This document shows positions 19,336 to 31,674 of a stretch of 64,000 nucleotides of DNA, piece after piece (position 1 is the stretch's first letter; every line of letters starts with the position of its first letter). This stretch comes from Macrostomum lignano. Its lineage: Eukaryota. Below the pieces are notes generated by a model. The model was not told the origin of the DNA and did no database searches. It was given only the letters and a program-made list of their open reading frames with translations. Location of the stretch: the NCBI GenBank assembly GCA_002269645.1, contig NIVC01002972.1, forward strand, positions 18,097 to 82,096. The letters run 5' to 3'. The position numbers and the translations under genes were made by a program.

Positions 19336-22300
19336 ATGCTAACCGAGGACACCAAAGTGATTGTTATCTGCATGGTCATATCCGGCTTTGTGATTGTGCT
19401 CGGCTTTCTAGTGTGCTTACTGTGTCCCTGCTGTCCTCTGCAGCGACTGCTGGACCGCTGCATTCGAAGGAATGCCGTCAGTGAGTTTGACCTTTTCTAA
19501 ATGTACTTTAGCAAGCAGGAAGTCTGGAACAATCAAGCCCCCAAAGTCCTGAGCGTTAAGCTTTCTTTCCCAAAGGGTTTTCAGCTATTGGCTCTCTTCG
19601 GGTTGTTGAGTCCTCGGGTCATTGGGTGTTTCGGTCGTTGGTTCCTCGAGTCATTTAGTGTTTGGGTCGTTGGGTCCTCGAGTCATTGGGTGTTTGGGTC
19701 GTTGGGTCCTCGAGTCATTTAGTGTTTGGGTCGTTGGGTCCTCGAGTCATTGTGTGTTTGGGTCGTTGGGTCCTCGAGTCATTGGGTGTTTGGGTCGTTG
19801 GGTCCTCGAGTCATTTAGTGTTTGGGTCGTTGGGTCCTCAAGTCATTTGGTGTTTGGGTCGTTGGGTCCTCGAGTCATTTAGTGTTTGGGTCGTTGGGTC
19901 CTCAAGTCATTTGGTGTTTGGGTCGTTGGGTCCTCGAGTCATTTAGTGTTTGGGTCGTTGGGTCCTCGAGTCATTTAGTATTTGGGTCGTTGGGTCCTCC
20001 AGTCAATCGGTGTTTGGGTCGTTGGGTCCTCGAGTCATTTAGTGTTTGGGTCGTTGGGTCCTCGAGTCATTTAGTGTTTAAGTCGTTGGGTCCTCGAGTC
20101 ATTGTGTGTTTGGGTTGTTGAGTTCTCGAGTCATTTGGTGTTTGGGTCGTTGGGTCCTCGAGTCATTTAGTGTTTGGGTCGTTGGGTCCTCGAGTCATTG
20201 TGTGTTTTGGTTGTTGAGTTCTCGAGTCATTTGGTTTTGGGGTTGTTGAGTCCTCAAGTCATTTGGTTTTTGGGTTGTTGGGTCCTCGAGTCAATCGGTG
20301 TTTGGGTCGTTGGGTCTTTGAGTTTTCTTAGGTTATCAGGTCCTTTAGTTCTTGAGTCATTGAAGCCTTATTGAGTCATTGAGTTCTTGTGCTCATGAGG
20401 TCCTCGGATCTTCGAATATTTACATGTAGCTACTCTAGATCTCAAGAATTTTGGTCTTGAGGTTCTTAAGTCATTGGATCTTTAGGATTTAGAATCCATA
20501 AGTCAATAATGTCTTCAAACGAGAGTCTCTGATTCTTAATTTTTTTCGGTCTCGGGGTTCTCGGGCTTGAGATACCTTTGACCCATTGACAAACGTTTTC
20601 TTAACCAGGAAAAGGCAAGGAGACGACAAACTGCTTGAAGGACTGCTGCTCAGATGAGACCTCATCAATCATTGAAGCAAACTTCAATGAAAAATACCCC
20701 TACGGAGGCATTCAGGTTAGTCAACTTTTTGGTCGCTGATTTACTTTGTATATTTTTGTTGCGTTTTCGGATGTTTAAACTTAGTACTGCACTCAAGGAC
20801 AACAAATGCATCGTATCTATCCTACCTTAATTCTTACTTAAGTCGTCCTGTTTCTGTACTGTCTAGAAAAATATGGAACAACATACACATTTTGGAATAC
20901 GAGTATTGGAAAACGAGGAGAATGAAGTTACATTGCCAGTTGTTGTTCGGGAATATTTCCCTGCCCTGCAAGTTCAAAATGTAACCCCTATTAATTAAAC
21001 ATATATCAGTCAGATCATTGGCACAGCATTTACATTTGCAAATAAATCACTTGTGGTCCCAAGTTTTGTTGGCTGTTAAGTTGGAAACTGAAGTAATGGT
21101 GTAGTAGGTAGACTGAATACGAGTCAGTCAGATTTCGTAGAGAAAGTCAATGTAAAACCCTGTTGGAACACTACATATTGTTCCAATACTACTCAAGTTT
21201 CATACTGCTAACTAACTGATTTATCGTTCACAGGCCTCTGGCGAGGTGCAATCAGTCTCAGGCATCTCCTATCCCAAAGCCTGGGAGCAGAAGCGCTTTG
21301 AAGCCGAGCCTAAGCCGTACATTACGCTGAACTTTTCCGTCACTCGCCAGAGCGACTGTCTGGTGGTGTACCTGTACAAAGCGGACGGCACACCCGGCCC
21401 CAAGCTGGGCCTGTGCCACAACAACTTTGCCCAGGTGCAACTGAGCGACGCGCGCAGTCAGACAGTCATAGCCGATGTCAGAACTCGCTTCATCAGCCAC
21501 ACAATGTCGCCAGTGTTTAATGAGACGCTGATCTTATCCATGCCATCCAATCTGCCAGCTGATCGGCTGAGCCTGTGCATTCAATGCATGGACTACGATA
21601 GGTTCAGTAGAGAGCGAGTCATTGGCGAAGTTCGAGTGCCTCTGCCGGTTGACTCGGAACAGACTGTTCAGTATAACAGCGTCCTGAGCGAGCCTCCTTT
21701 GGTGAGAACCCTGTCACACCTGTATCCCTGTCACACCTGTATCCCTGCCACACCTGTATCCCTGTCACACCTGTATCCCTGTCACACCTGTATCCCTGCC
21801 ACACCTGTATCCCTGTCACACCTGTATCCCTGTCACACCTGTATCCCTGCCACACCTGTATCCCTGCCACACCTGTATCCCTGCCACACCTGTATCCCTG
21901 CCACACCTGTATCCCTGCCACACCTGTATCCCTGCCACACCTGTATCCCTGCCACACCTGTATCCCTGCCACACCTGTATCCCTGCCACACCTGTATCCC
22001 TGCCACACCTGTATCCCTGCCACACCTGTATCCCTGCCACACCTGTATCCCTGCCACACCTGTATCCCTGCCACACCTGTATCCCTGCCACACCTGTATC
22101 CCTGCCACACCTGTATCCCTGCCACACCTGTATCCCTGCCACACCTGTATCCCTGCCACACCTGTATCCCTGCCACACCTGTATCCCTGCCACACCTGTA
22201 TCCCTGCCACACCTGTATCCCTGCCACACCTGTATCCCTGCCACACCTGTATCCCTGCCACACCTGTATCCCTGCCACACCTGCATCTCTGCACCGACTT

Positions 22301-25040
22301 TAACCCAATCCCCACTCGCAACACAGAAAATACTAATCATAAATCTTTATAAGATCACCGATAGATAATTTATTTAGTCCTGAACCGTAAACCCTAAGCC
22401 CTGAGCCTTAAACCCTAACACCAATCCTTAGCCCTGATCGAAACTCGTCTCTCAGAGTCCCTCAGAATCCCTCAGAATCCCTCAGAATCCCTCAGAATCC
22501 CTCAGAATCCCTCAGAATCCCTCAGAATCCCTCAGAATCCCTCAGAATCCCTCAGAATTCCTCAGAATCCCTCAGAATTCCTCAGAATCTAGAATCTATC
22601 AGAATCCCTCAGAATCCCTCATAATCCCTCAGAATCCCTTATAATCCTTCAGAATCCCTCATAATCCCTCAGAATCCCTTATAATCCTTCAGAATCCCTC
22701 AGAATCCCTCATAATCCTTCAGAATCCCTCAGAATCCCTCAGAATCCCTCAGAATCCCTCAGAAGCCCTCAGAATCCCTCAGAATCCTTCAGAAGCCTCA
22801 GAATCCTTCAGAATTCATCAGAATCCTTCAGAATCCTTCAGAATCCCTCAGAATCTAAAAACCAGCTAAACTGAATTCTCCCCATTCCGTTTCAGACTGA
22901 GAAAGGTGAAATCCTCATCGCCCTGCACTACATGCCCACAGCGGAGCGCCTTATTGTAATGCTCCTAAAAGCAAACAATGTCCTAACACAAGAGCGAAGA
23001 ATTCCAGGTGAGCGCTATAATCGCATACTAATTACTCAGCTCCTCTGAATAGAAATCTTATTACTCATCAGTGAAGCTATATTCTGTACTGTTCTCTTCT
23101 CATTTGGTCTGCACAAAGTTTGCTCAAGATAATATTGTCCATCATAAAGAGAATATCGAGAGCTTGTGTTTGCCTACTTTGGCATTATATACGAGTACAT
23201 GTATATACGAGCAATATGCGATGTTGAAGTATGAGTCCAGCTTGATGACGCAGAGAGGTGGTAAACATTTGTCCCGCAGTTTAAACACATAGCCGTACTA
23301 AAGTCTTCACTCGGCTTTTGTTGCAATATTAAAAGAGGTTAATGTTCTTTATTTAAGCGACGCTACGAGTTTGTTACATTCTTCATTGAGCACTAATTGA
23401 CCTTCGAATGAATCTTTGTTGGAAGTCTTCTCGAAGTGCTAAACACATGAAAACACTGACGCCATCGAAACGAATCAGTGATCTTGGTTGGGTGCCCCTG
23501 TGTCTTGGTTGGGTGCCTCTGTGTCTTGGTTGGTGCCTCTGTGTCTTGGTTGGGCGCCCCTGTGTCTTGGTTGCTGCCTCTGTGTCTTGGTTGCTGCCTC
23601 TGTGTCTTGGTTGGGTGCCTCTGTGTCTTGGTTGGGTGCCCCTGTGTCTTGGTTGGGTGCCCCTGTGTCTTGGTTGGGTGCCCCTGTGTCTTGGTTGGGT
23701 GCCCCTGTGTCTCTGTTGGGTGCCCCTGTGTCTTGGTTGGGTGCCCCTGTGTCTTGGTTGGGTGCCCCTGTGTCTTGGCTGGGTGCCCCTGTGTCTTGGT
23801 TGGGTGCCCCTGTGTCTTGGCTGGGTGCCCCTGTGTCTCTGTTGGGTGCCCCTGTGTCTTGGTTGGGTGCCCCTGTGTCTTGGTTGGGTGCCCCTGTGTC
23901 TTGGCTGGGTGCCCCTGTGTCTTGGTTGGGTGCCCCTGTGTCTTGGTTGGGTGCCCCTGTGTCTTGGTTGGGTGCCCCTGTGTCTTGGTTGGGTGCCCCT
24001 GTGTCTTGGTTGGGTGCCCCTGTGTCTTGGTTGGGTGCCCCTGTGTCTTGGTTGGGTGCCCCTGTGTCTTGGTTGGGTGCCCCTGTGTCTTGGTTGGGTG
24101 CCCCTGTGTCTTGGTTGGGTGCCCCTGTGTCTTGGTTGGGTGCCCCTGTGTCTTGGTTGGGTGCCCCTGTGTCTTGGTTGGGTGCCCCTGTGTCTTGGCT
24201 GGTGCCCCTGTGTCTTGGCTGGTGCCCCTGTGTCTTGGCTGGTGCCCCTGTGTCTTAGTTGGGTGCCTCTGTGTCTTGGTTGGGTGCCCCTGTGTCTTGG
24301 TTGGGTGCCCCTGTGTCTTGGTTGGGTGCCCCTGTGTCTTGGTTGGGTGCCCCTGTGTCTTGGCTGGTGCCTCTGTGTCTTGGTTGGGTGCCCCTGTGTC
24401 TTGGCTGGGCGCCCGTGTCTTGGTTGGGTGCCCCTGTGTCTTGGTTGGGTGCCCCTGTCTTGGTGGGCGCCCCTGTTTCTTGGTTGGGCGCCCCTGTTCT
24501 TGGTGGGCGCCCCCTGTCTTGGTGGGCGCCCCCTGTTTCTTGGTTGGGCGCCCCTGTGTCCTGTTTGGCGTCCCTGTCCTGGTGTCAACTTAAAATCTTA
24601 AGTTAAGTTTCGGAAGTAGAGCTGCAATTTTTTTTTTGGGGGGGGGGGGCAGCCACCCCTACGCCACAGCTCATAAATGCATTATACTGACTCCCAGCTA
24701 ACCATCGAAATCACCGCACGCAGCTCCCTACTTACAAGTAGTCCTACTGGCAAATGGATCGGCAGCATTCAAGAAGCGAACCAGACTGTTTGAGGAAAGT
24801 TCAAGACCAGTATTCAACGAGTCAGTGACAGTTAGCGTGCCCAGACACAGCCTAGGCCGAGTGACCCTGATCGTGTCCCTGATGAACTGTCACCTGAGGA
24901 AGCGAATCAGGCCGGACCTTGACAACTGCCTGGGCTACGTGGTCTTCTCTAGCAGCTGCTACGGCAGCGGCAAGGTGCACTGGACAGAGATGCAGAATAG
25001 GCCGCGGACTGCGCTAGCGTATTGGCATAAATTATGCTAA
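19336..25040 (+). CDS. Synaptotagmin-family protein (N-terminal TM + Cys cluster, C2A, C2B), 5 exons, ~382 aa
   Basis: Exons 19336-19480, 20609-20715, 21234-21701, 22896-23007, 24724-25040; phases 1,0,0,1 consistent. TM VIVICMVISGFVIVLGFLVCLLCPCC; C2A SPVFNETL...MDYDRFSRERVIGEV; C2B GEILIALHYMPTAERLIVMLLKANN...PVFNES...HWTEMQNRPRTALAYWHKL. Paralogue not assignable by eye. Confidence 0.9.
19590..20340. repeat. 32-bp minisatellite GTGTTTGGGTCGTTGGGTCCTCGAGTCATT(TA/GG) in synaptotagmin intron 1
   Basis: Period 32, degenerating at both ends. Confidence 0.95.
21710..22283. repeat. 17-bp minisatellite CACACCTGTATCCCTG(C/T) in synaptotagmin intron 3
   Basis: Starts ~8 nt after the donor at 21702; highly homogeneous. 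Confidence 0.97.
22452..22856. repeat. 10-bp repeat (CTCAGAATCC)n in synaptotagmin intron 3
   Basis: Direct reading; ends ~40 nt before the acceptor. Confidence 0.95.
23483..24588. repeat. 21-bp minisatellite GGTTGGGTGCCCCTGTGTCTT in synaptotagmin intron 4
   Basis: Period 21, about 50 units. Confidence 0.97.
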
Positions 25041-25536
25041 TTAGGGATCAATCTGCTGCCACCCTGAAGCCCCTCCCCTCGATACTTATGCAGATGCATG
25101 GTACCTGACTAATATTGCACGTGGTTTACTTTCAATGAATATCGATGTTTAGGGATGCAATTTCGTTACGCACTACTGACAGCTACTTAAGTACGAGTAT
25201 AGGTAGAATATTGTAAATGTAATCAGGAATGAGTCGCAATGATGGTCATGCGTACTTAACTAGGGCATCAGTGTATCCAGTTCCTGCTAGCACCCGCAAG
25301 TCACCCAAGTGTGGGGACGCGTTTTTAACCGGTTATTCCTCATCCCGAGACACTGACTTCCCTACTGAATATCTGTGTGTTCTGGCAATTTCGCATCAAA
25401 ACTCTTTGGTTATTTGTCTTTTAATGAAAATCATGTACAACCAAGTAGCTTTTCTGTTGACCATATTTTCATGCATGCAGTATGCGCAAATTAACTGTTG
25501 TACTTGTGTTGTACTTGTACGATTTTCTGCTAGTTA

Positions 25537-25760
<224 letters not shown>

Positions 25761-26164
25761 CACTAAGAGACACTAAGACAGGCAGAAACAGAATCACAAA
25801 CTAAGATTTGACATTAATTTTCTTTCAATGCCATGCATGCAATTACTGTTGCACATTGACGAAGCTCCATTTTCACAGTATACGTCCTATACTATGATTT
25901 ATGCTACACAGTGCAAAGAATATAAAAACAGTCCATTTATGACTTTGAGTATTTTGCTTAATTTCATATAGCTACTACAGATGGCGATACCATATTCTAT
26001 TTTGCTCACTAGCAAGCGAATAAACACTGCAACAAATGATTTCTTTGATTGATTATTTGTACTCGTTTAAAGGTCTTGATGCACTTTATAAACTTGTATG
26101 ATGCATGAATACGAGTCAATTAATTTTGTTTGATCAAAATTCGTACATATAAAGGAATTATTTT

Positions 26165-26562
26165 AGAATCTCAACCCCTGATGCCTGAGAATGTGAGAAT
26201 CTCATATTATGGGTGACTGAGAATGCGAGAATCTCACCCATTGATGCTTGAGAATTTGAAAATCTCACCCCTTGATGCCAGAGAATGCGAGAATCTCACC
26301 CCTTGATGCCAGAGAATGCGAGAATCTCACCCCTTGATGCCAGAGAATGCGAGAATCTCACCCCTTGATGCCAGAGAATTCGAGAATCTCACCCCTTGAT
26401 GCCAGAGAATGCGAGAATCTCACCCCTTGATGCCAGAGACTGCGAGAATCTCATCCCTTGATGCCAGCTGAGAATGTGAAAATCTCACCCATGCCAGAGA
26501 ATGTGAGAATCTCACCCCTGGATGCCAGAGAATTTGAGAATCTCACCCTTCTCACCCCTTGA
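26165..26562. repeat. 31-bp minisatellite GAGAATGCGAGAATCTCACCCCTTGATGCCA
   Basis: Period 31. Confidence 0.9.
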
Positions 26563-27834
26563 TGATCTAAACACTACCTAATACACTTCTACGCGAATGC
26601 AGTCAACAAAATAAGTAACACCGTTAAAATTCGAAGAAATCCATAATAATTTAATGACGCGTGGGGGCAGATGGGCTTTGTGCTAAAATGAAAAGCCCTA
26701 AGTATTATTATATTATTAAATAGCATTACATGACAAAACGAGAATTCCAGTATAGTTTCAGGATTTAATTTAATAAAAAACCGCAAACAGCCTACTTATA
26801 TCAGTAGTGAATTCAGTGCAATACTAAGGAGGTTTTTCGTTTAGGGTGCACAAAAACAAAAGTTTTAATAATGGAGGAAAAATGCGACACATAGCTAATA
26901 TTTAGTTAGTAATAAGTAATGCTTTTTCTGCACTTTTTACTTCTCAGACATTTAAAAACTAAAATAACTTATTTTATCATCATGATCAATTAACGTAAAA
27001 GAGATTTTTTAAAATGCAAAATTCACCTTAACTGAATGGTGGGTTAGTGGCGTAGGCGGGCATTGGGGGAGATGGGTCTAGTGGCTGTTAATATAATACA
27101 CAAAATTCACTATTGTAACACAATGCGAAAGGGGGGCTAAATATATTTTTATTTTGCTTTTTTTCCATCTTAAAAACAAGCTAAAAGAAGCTAAACACGG
27201 CAAAAATAGAGCAGGCAGACGAGGGCCAATGAATCAGTGAGCCAGTTAAAGCAGCTACTCATCAATCTGCAATTAACAATCATTATACATCGCAATTTAA
27301 ATGCCCCCTTTGTAAATAACAGATAAAATCGGCCGCTTATAGTAGTAACATGCGCGCAAAGCAGTAGATTTTTTATCGAATAAATGTTTCAAATTAGCTC
27401 GTAAATAGACCGATAAAGGCAGCTTTCTAATAAAAATTTACAATCGATTGAAAAGGGACCAAAAATCAATCACTTTTTTGTTATAATGCTTTGAACAAAC
27501 TTAGCAATGCAAGAAGATAGTTAATTAGAAAATCCGCTACTGTCAAAATAGGATTGTTACAAATAAAACAAGAGGGAAAGCGAAGGAAAATGCAGGATTA
27601 AATTAAGATGCAAAGTTTTCTTTTTTTCTAAGAAAAAGCACAGCAACTTCGTAGGTACATAATTAACAAAATCGACAATCAAATTTCGGCACATATTTAA
27701 AAAACGCCCTGCGCACTGCACGAAAATGCACAAATCAACTCGTGTAGGTAATAAATATACTTTTAAAGTAGTGAACTGTCTGTAAAGTTTTTCTAAACGT
27801 GCCATGGGGGGTGGGTGGGTAAGGGTGTTGGTTA

Positions 27835-28390
27835 GGAGAGGCGGGTGTACATTGAGGGGTGAAGGGGTAATGAAGGGGTAGGGGAGAGGTAGAGGGGTAG
27901 GGGTTTGGTTGAGAGCGGTGAGTGTACTTTGTGGGGGGGGTAAGAGGGGTAGGGGTTTGGTTGAGAGCGGCGAGTGTACTTTGTGGGGGGGGTAAGAGGG
28001 GTAAGGTTTGGTTGAGAGAGGCGAGTGTACTTTGTGGGGGGGGTAAGAGGGGTAGGGGTTTGGTTGAGAGCGGCGAGTGTACTTTGTGGGGGGGGGGTAA
28101 GAGGGGTAAGGTTTGGTTGAGAGAGGCGAGTGTACTTTGTGGGGGGGTAAGAGGGGTAGGGGTTTGGTTGAGAAAGGCGAGTGTACATTGGGGGGTAAGA
28201 GGGGTAAGGTTTGGTTGAGAGGCGAGTGTACATTGGGGGGTAAGAGGGGTAAGGTTTGGTTGAGAGAGGCGAGTGTACATTGGGGGGTAAGAGGGGTAAG
28301 GTTTGGTTGAGAGAGGCGAGTGTACATTGGGGGGTAAGAGGGGTAAGGTTTGGTTGAGAGGCGAGTGTATTTTGTTTGATGGGCAAGGCT
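27835..28390. repeat. ~45-52-bp G-rich minisatellite (GGTTTGGTTGAGAGAGGCGAGTGTAC(T/A)TTG..GGGGGG TAAGAGGGGTA)
   Basis: About 10 units with variable G runs. Confidence 0.9.
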
Positions 28391-30007
28391 GCCGAGAGGC
28401 GAGTGTTCACTGGGGAGATAAGAAGTCTAGAAAATAAAAAGTGATAAACTCAGTGCGTTCTAAAATGTGTGTACAAAAGTATTTATCCTCAAGGAGTTAT
28501 TAAATTATGCAGCCCCCAAAAAAGCAATTTCAATAACAGACAGCAACTACCAGAGTTTGCGTATGCGCTATGCTTATCAAATCATAGCGGTTCAGAGAGA
28601 AAAATTAGTAACAGAAAAATAAATTATCACAGAATTAAAAAAAATCGAGGGCGCAACGAAGACAGGTGCTCGGGTGGGGGCCACTGACGCTGCAAAAATT
28701 AATGCAAATAAATAAATATTGTAAAAAGCTTACTGACACGAATAAATAAATAAATAAATTGAACGCATGCAATGCAAAGCGCCAAGAGTGGAATCAGACA
28801 TTCACAAGTAGGACCCGGCTGTACTGATCATCATATTGTACAGAGCAGGCAATTAAATTAATTGGTGAGCGGCCACAAACTAGAGCAAGAAACCATGAGA
28901 AAACAAACAGCAAAAAACCACAAAACTAACCACTGTGAAAATTCTAAATGCTACTGAATAGTAGTATAGTAGTAATATAATGCAAAGTAAATTCAACCTG
29001 CAATTAAAATGGCTCTAGGTATATTAAAACAGATTAACCAATTAATTACGGCGATACGCGATTAGCAGCAAATTAAAAGCTATATTGTTAAATTAATAAA
29101 TGAAGCTTGCATGAAAGTGTGGCTACTACAAAACAGTAAATTTCCATTCTTAGAAAAAAGCATCAAATTTAGGCACTTGGGGAACAAACTTTAATTTGAA
29201 TAATTTATTAGTGAAAAATACGAGAAAAAAAGATTTCATACTCATACATACTACTTGTATACTAATTCTACTAGCTAAGTAGTATGAACCTGGTATCGCC
29301 GCTAAAAAAACAGATCGGTTATTTTTATTTTAAAATCAGAAAGATTATATAGACAATTACAGTAAATATTATATATCTGTAGACACATATATATATAAGA
29401 TGCAAGGATTAAATGAGCAAAACAAATTTCCAACCGGAGCAAAAATGCACCGACTCTTTATAAACGCATATTGGGGGGGTGGGGATGGAGAAGGCGGATC
29501 GATGGGGCGGGGAGGCTGCTGGGAAGGAGCGACAGGTAGAAAATGAAATCTGAAAAAAACCCGACCATGCACAGAAGCGCACCATTTATACTACTAATAA
29601 TAACAATAATGTAACAAGCTTGATTAATTTATAACAAAAGTCTAGCACAGCGAATCTAACATAGAATTATAAAGGCAAAATCATAATTCCTTTTTAAGAT
29701 GGCATTTAATTAAAAACCAGCAGGTGCAAAGCAATATAAGCTTCTTTATAGGATTTCTAATAATAAAATAGAAAATATGAAATAAAATGCGCTTTCATAA
29801 AATCCGCTTCAGTTGGGTTTTATCTATTTATTAGTCATAACAGGATCAAATATTGACCATAGATTTAACCCGATCAATAGGTGACACCCATACACCTGGA
29901 TTAGTCTGCCTGCATATGACAGATCCAAGACTCTTAAGTTTATAACACACTGACTGACAAGTGGCTAAAGATCTTTTGTGACTTTAATATTAATCAATAA
30001 TTGGTTA

Positions 30008-30985
30008 GTGACCCATTCTACAATAGTGAGTCAGTTCGTGACCCATTCCACAATAGTGAGTCCGTTCGTGACCCATTACACAATAGCGAGTCAGTTCGTG
30101 ACCCAATCTACAATAGCGAGTCAGTTCGTGACCCATTCCACAATAGTGAGTCAGTTCATGACCCAATCTACAATAGTGAATCAGTTCGTGACCCATTACA
30201 CAATAGCGAGTCAGTTCGTGACCCATTACACAATAGCGAGTCAGTTCGTGACCCAATCTACAATAGTGAGTCAGTTCATGACCCAATCTACAATAGTGAG
30301 TCAGTTCATGACCCAATCTACAATAGTGAATCAGTTCGTGACCCATTACACAATAGCGAGTCAGTTCGTGACCCATTACACAATAGCGAGTCAGTTCGTG
30401 ACCCAATCTACAATAGTGAGCCAGTTCATGACCCAATCTACAATAGTGAGTCAGTTCATGACCCAATCTACAATAGTGAATCAGTTCGTGACCCATTACA
30501 CAATAGCGAGTCAGTTCGTGACCCATTACACAATAGCGAGTCAGTTCGTGACCCATTACACAATAGCGAGTCAGCTCGTGACCCAATCTACAATAGTGAG
30601 TCAGTTCATGACCCAATCTACAATAGTGAGTCAGTTCATGACCCAATCTACAATAGTGAATCAGTTCGTGACCCATTACACAATAGTGAGTCAGTTCGTG
30701 ACCCATTACACAATAGTGAGTCAGTTCGTGACCCATTACACAATAGTGAGTCAGTTCGTGACCCATTACACAATAGTGAGTCAGTTCGTGACCCATTACA
30801 CAATAGTGAGTCAGTTCGTGACCCATTACACAATACTGAGTCAGTTCGTGACCCATTACACAATAGTGAGTCAGTTCGTGACCCATTACACAATACTGAG
30901 TCAGTTCGTGACCCATTACACAATAGTGAGTCAGTTCGTGACCCATTACACAATAGTGAGTCAGTTCGTGACCCAACCTACAATA
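30008..30985. repeat. 30-bp minisatellite GTGAGTCAGTTCGTGACCCATTACACAATA
   Basis: Period 30, about 32 units, with patterned variants. Confidence 0.97.
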
Positions 30986-31349
30986 ATAGGTCAGTGTGTC
31001 AGCAATCAAGGATTTGCCACCGCAGGCAGGCAAACTAAATATGAATAAAAATGCTAGAAATTCACCAAATAAAGGTATAGTTTAGTAAATTAGAGAAAAT
31101 AATGAAGGGTGGGGAAAATCAAATTTAATAATAAATTTAACTAATCTTAAATTAATTTTTTTTTTAAATTTAAACAAATATGAGAGAAAAGCAATCTGAA
31201 GCAGTCATTAGGCCGAATAAATTTAAATGTTCTGTTTTTAAGACTTTTTTAAGTAAAAAAATATTAATTTAGTTGCCAGCACGTCCTCTTATCAGTAGGA
31301 GCTTCTTATTAATGTCAAAGTCCTCTAATCTATTTGCCTTAATTTATCA

Positions 31350-31600
31350 TCTTAGTGTACATTCTCCAATGTACACTCTGCAATGTACGTACGCTCGTAG
31401 TTAAATGTACACTTATAAAACGTACATAGATTAGTGTACATAGCTTGTACACTTTTAAATGAACATTGCTTCATCTACACTGTTCAATGTATGTACGCGG
31501 CTTTATACGCCCTCTCCAATGTACATATCATGATGTACACGACTCTGATGCAAAAAATTTAATGTACACTCTTCAATGTACATAGCTGGGTGTACACAGC
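31350..31600. repeat. Degenerate AATGTACAC-motif repeat
   Basis: More than 10 TGTACA cores in 250 bp. Confidence 0.7.
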
Positions 31601-31674
31601 TTACTACTGCTCCAGCTAGCAACTCCAGTAGAACGCGTGCAACCTCTTGCCAAAGCAGCAATAAAATCGCGGGC

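Noticed and set aside
21702-22352. C-terminal HLYPCHTCIPATPVSLP repeats of ORF 21246-22352
   Set aside because: Read-through past the donor TTG|GTGAGA into an intronic array; the true C2B continues at 22896.
23383-24606. ~400-aa repeat ORFs on both strands
   Set aside because: 21-bp intronic minisatellite within synaptotagmin intron 4.
24640-24670. CTACGCCACAG (and AGTGGCGTAG near 27047) resembling the hAT-like MITE TIR
   Set aside because: Only single ends; no partner TIR or TSD found.
29978-31048. ~350-aa ORFs in several frames
   Set aside because: Arise from a stop-free 30-bp unit; no splice links or unique coding flanks.
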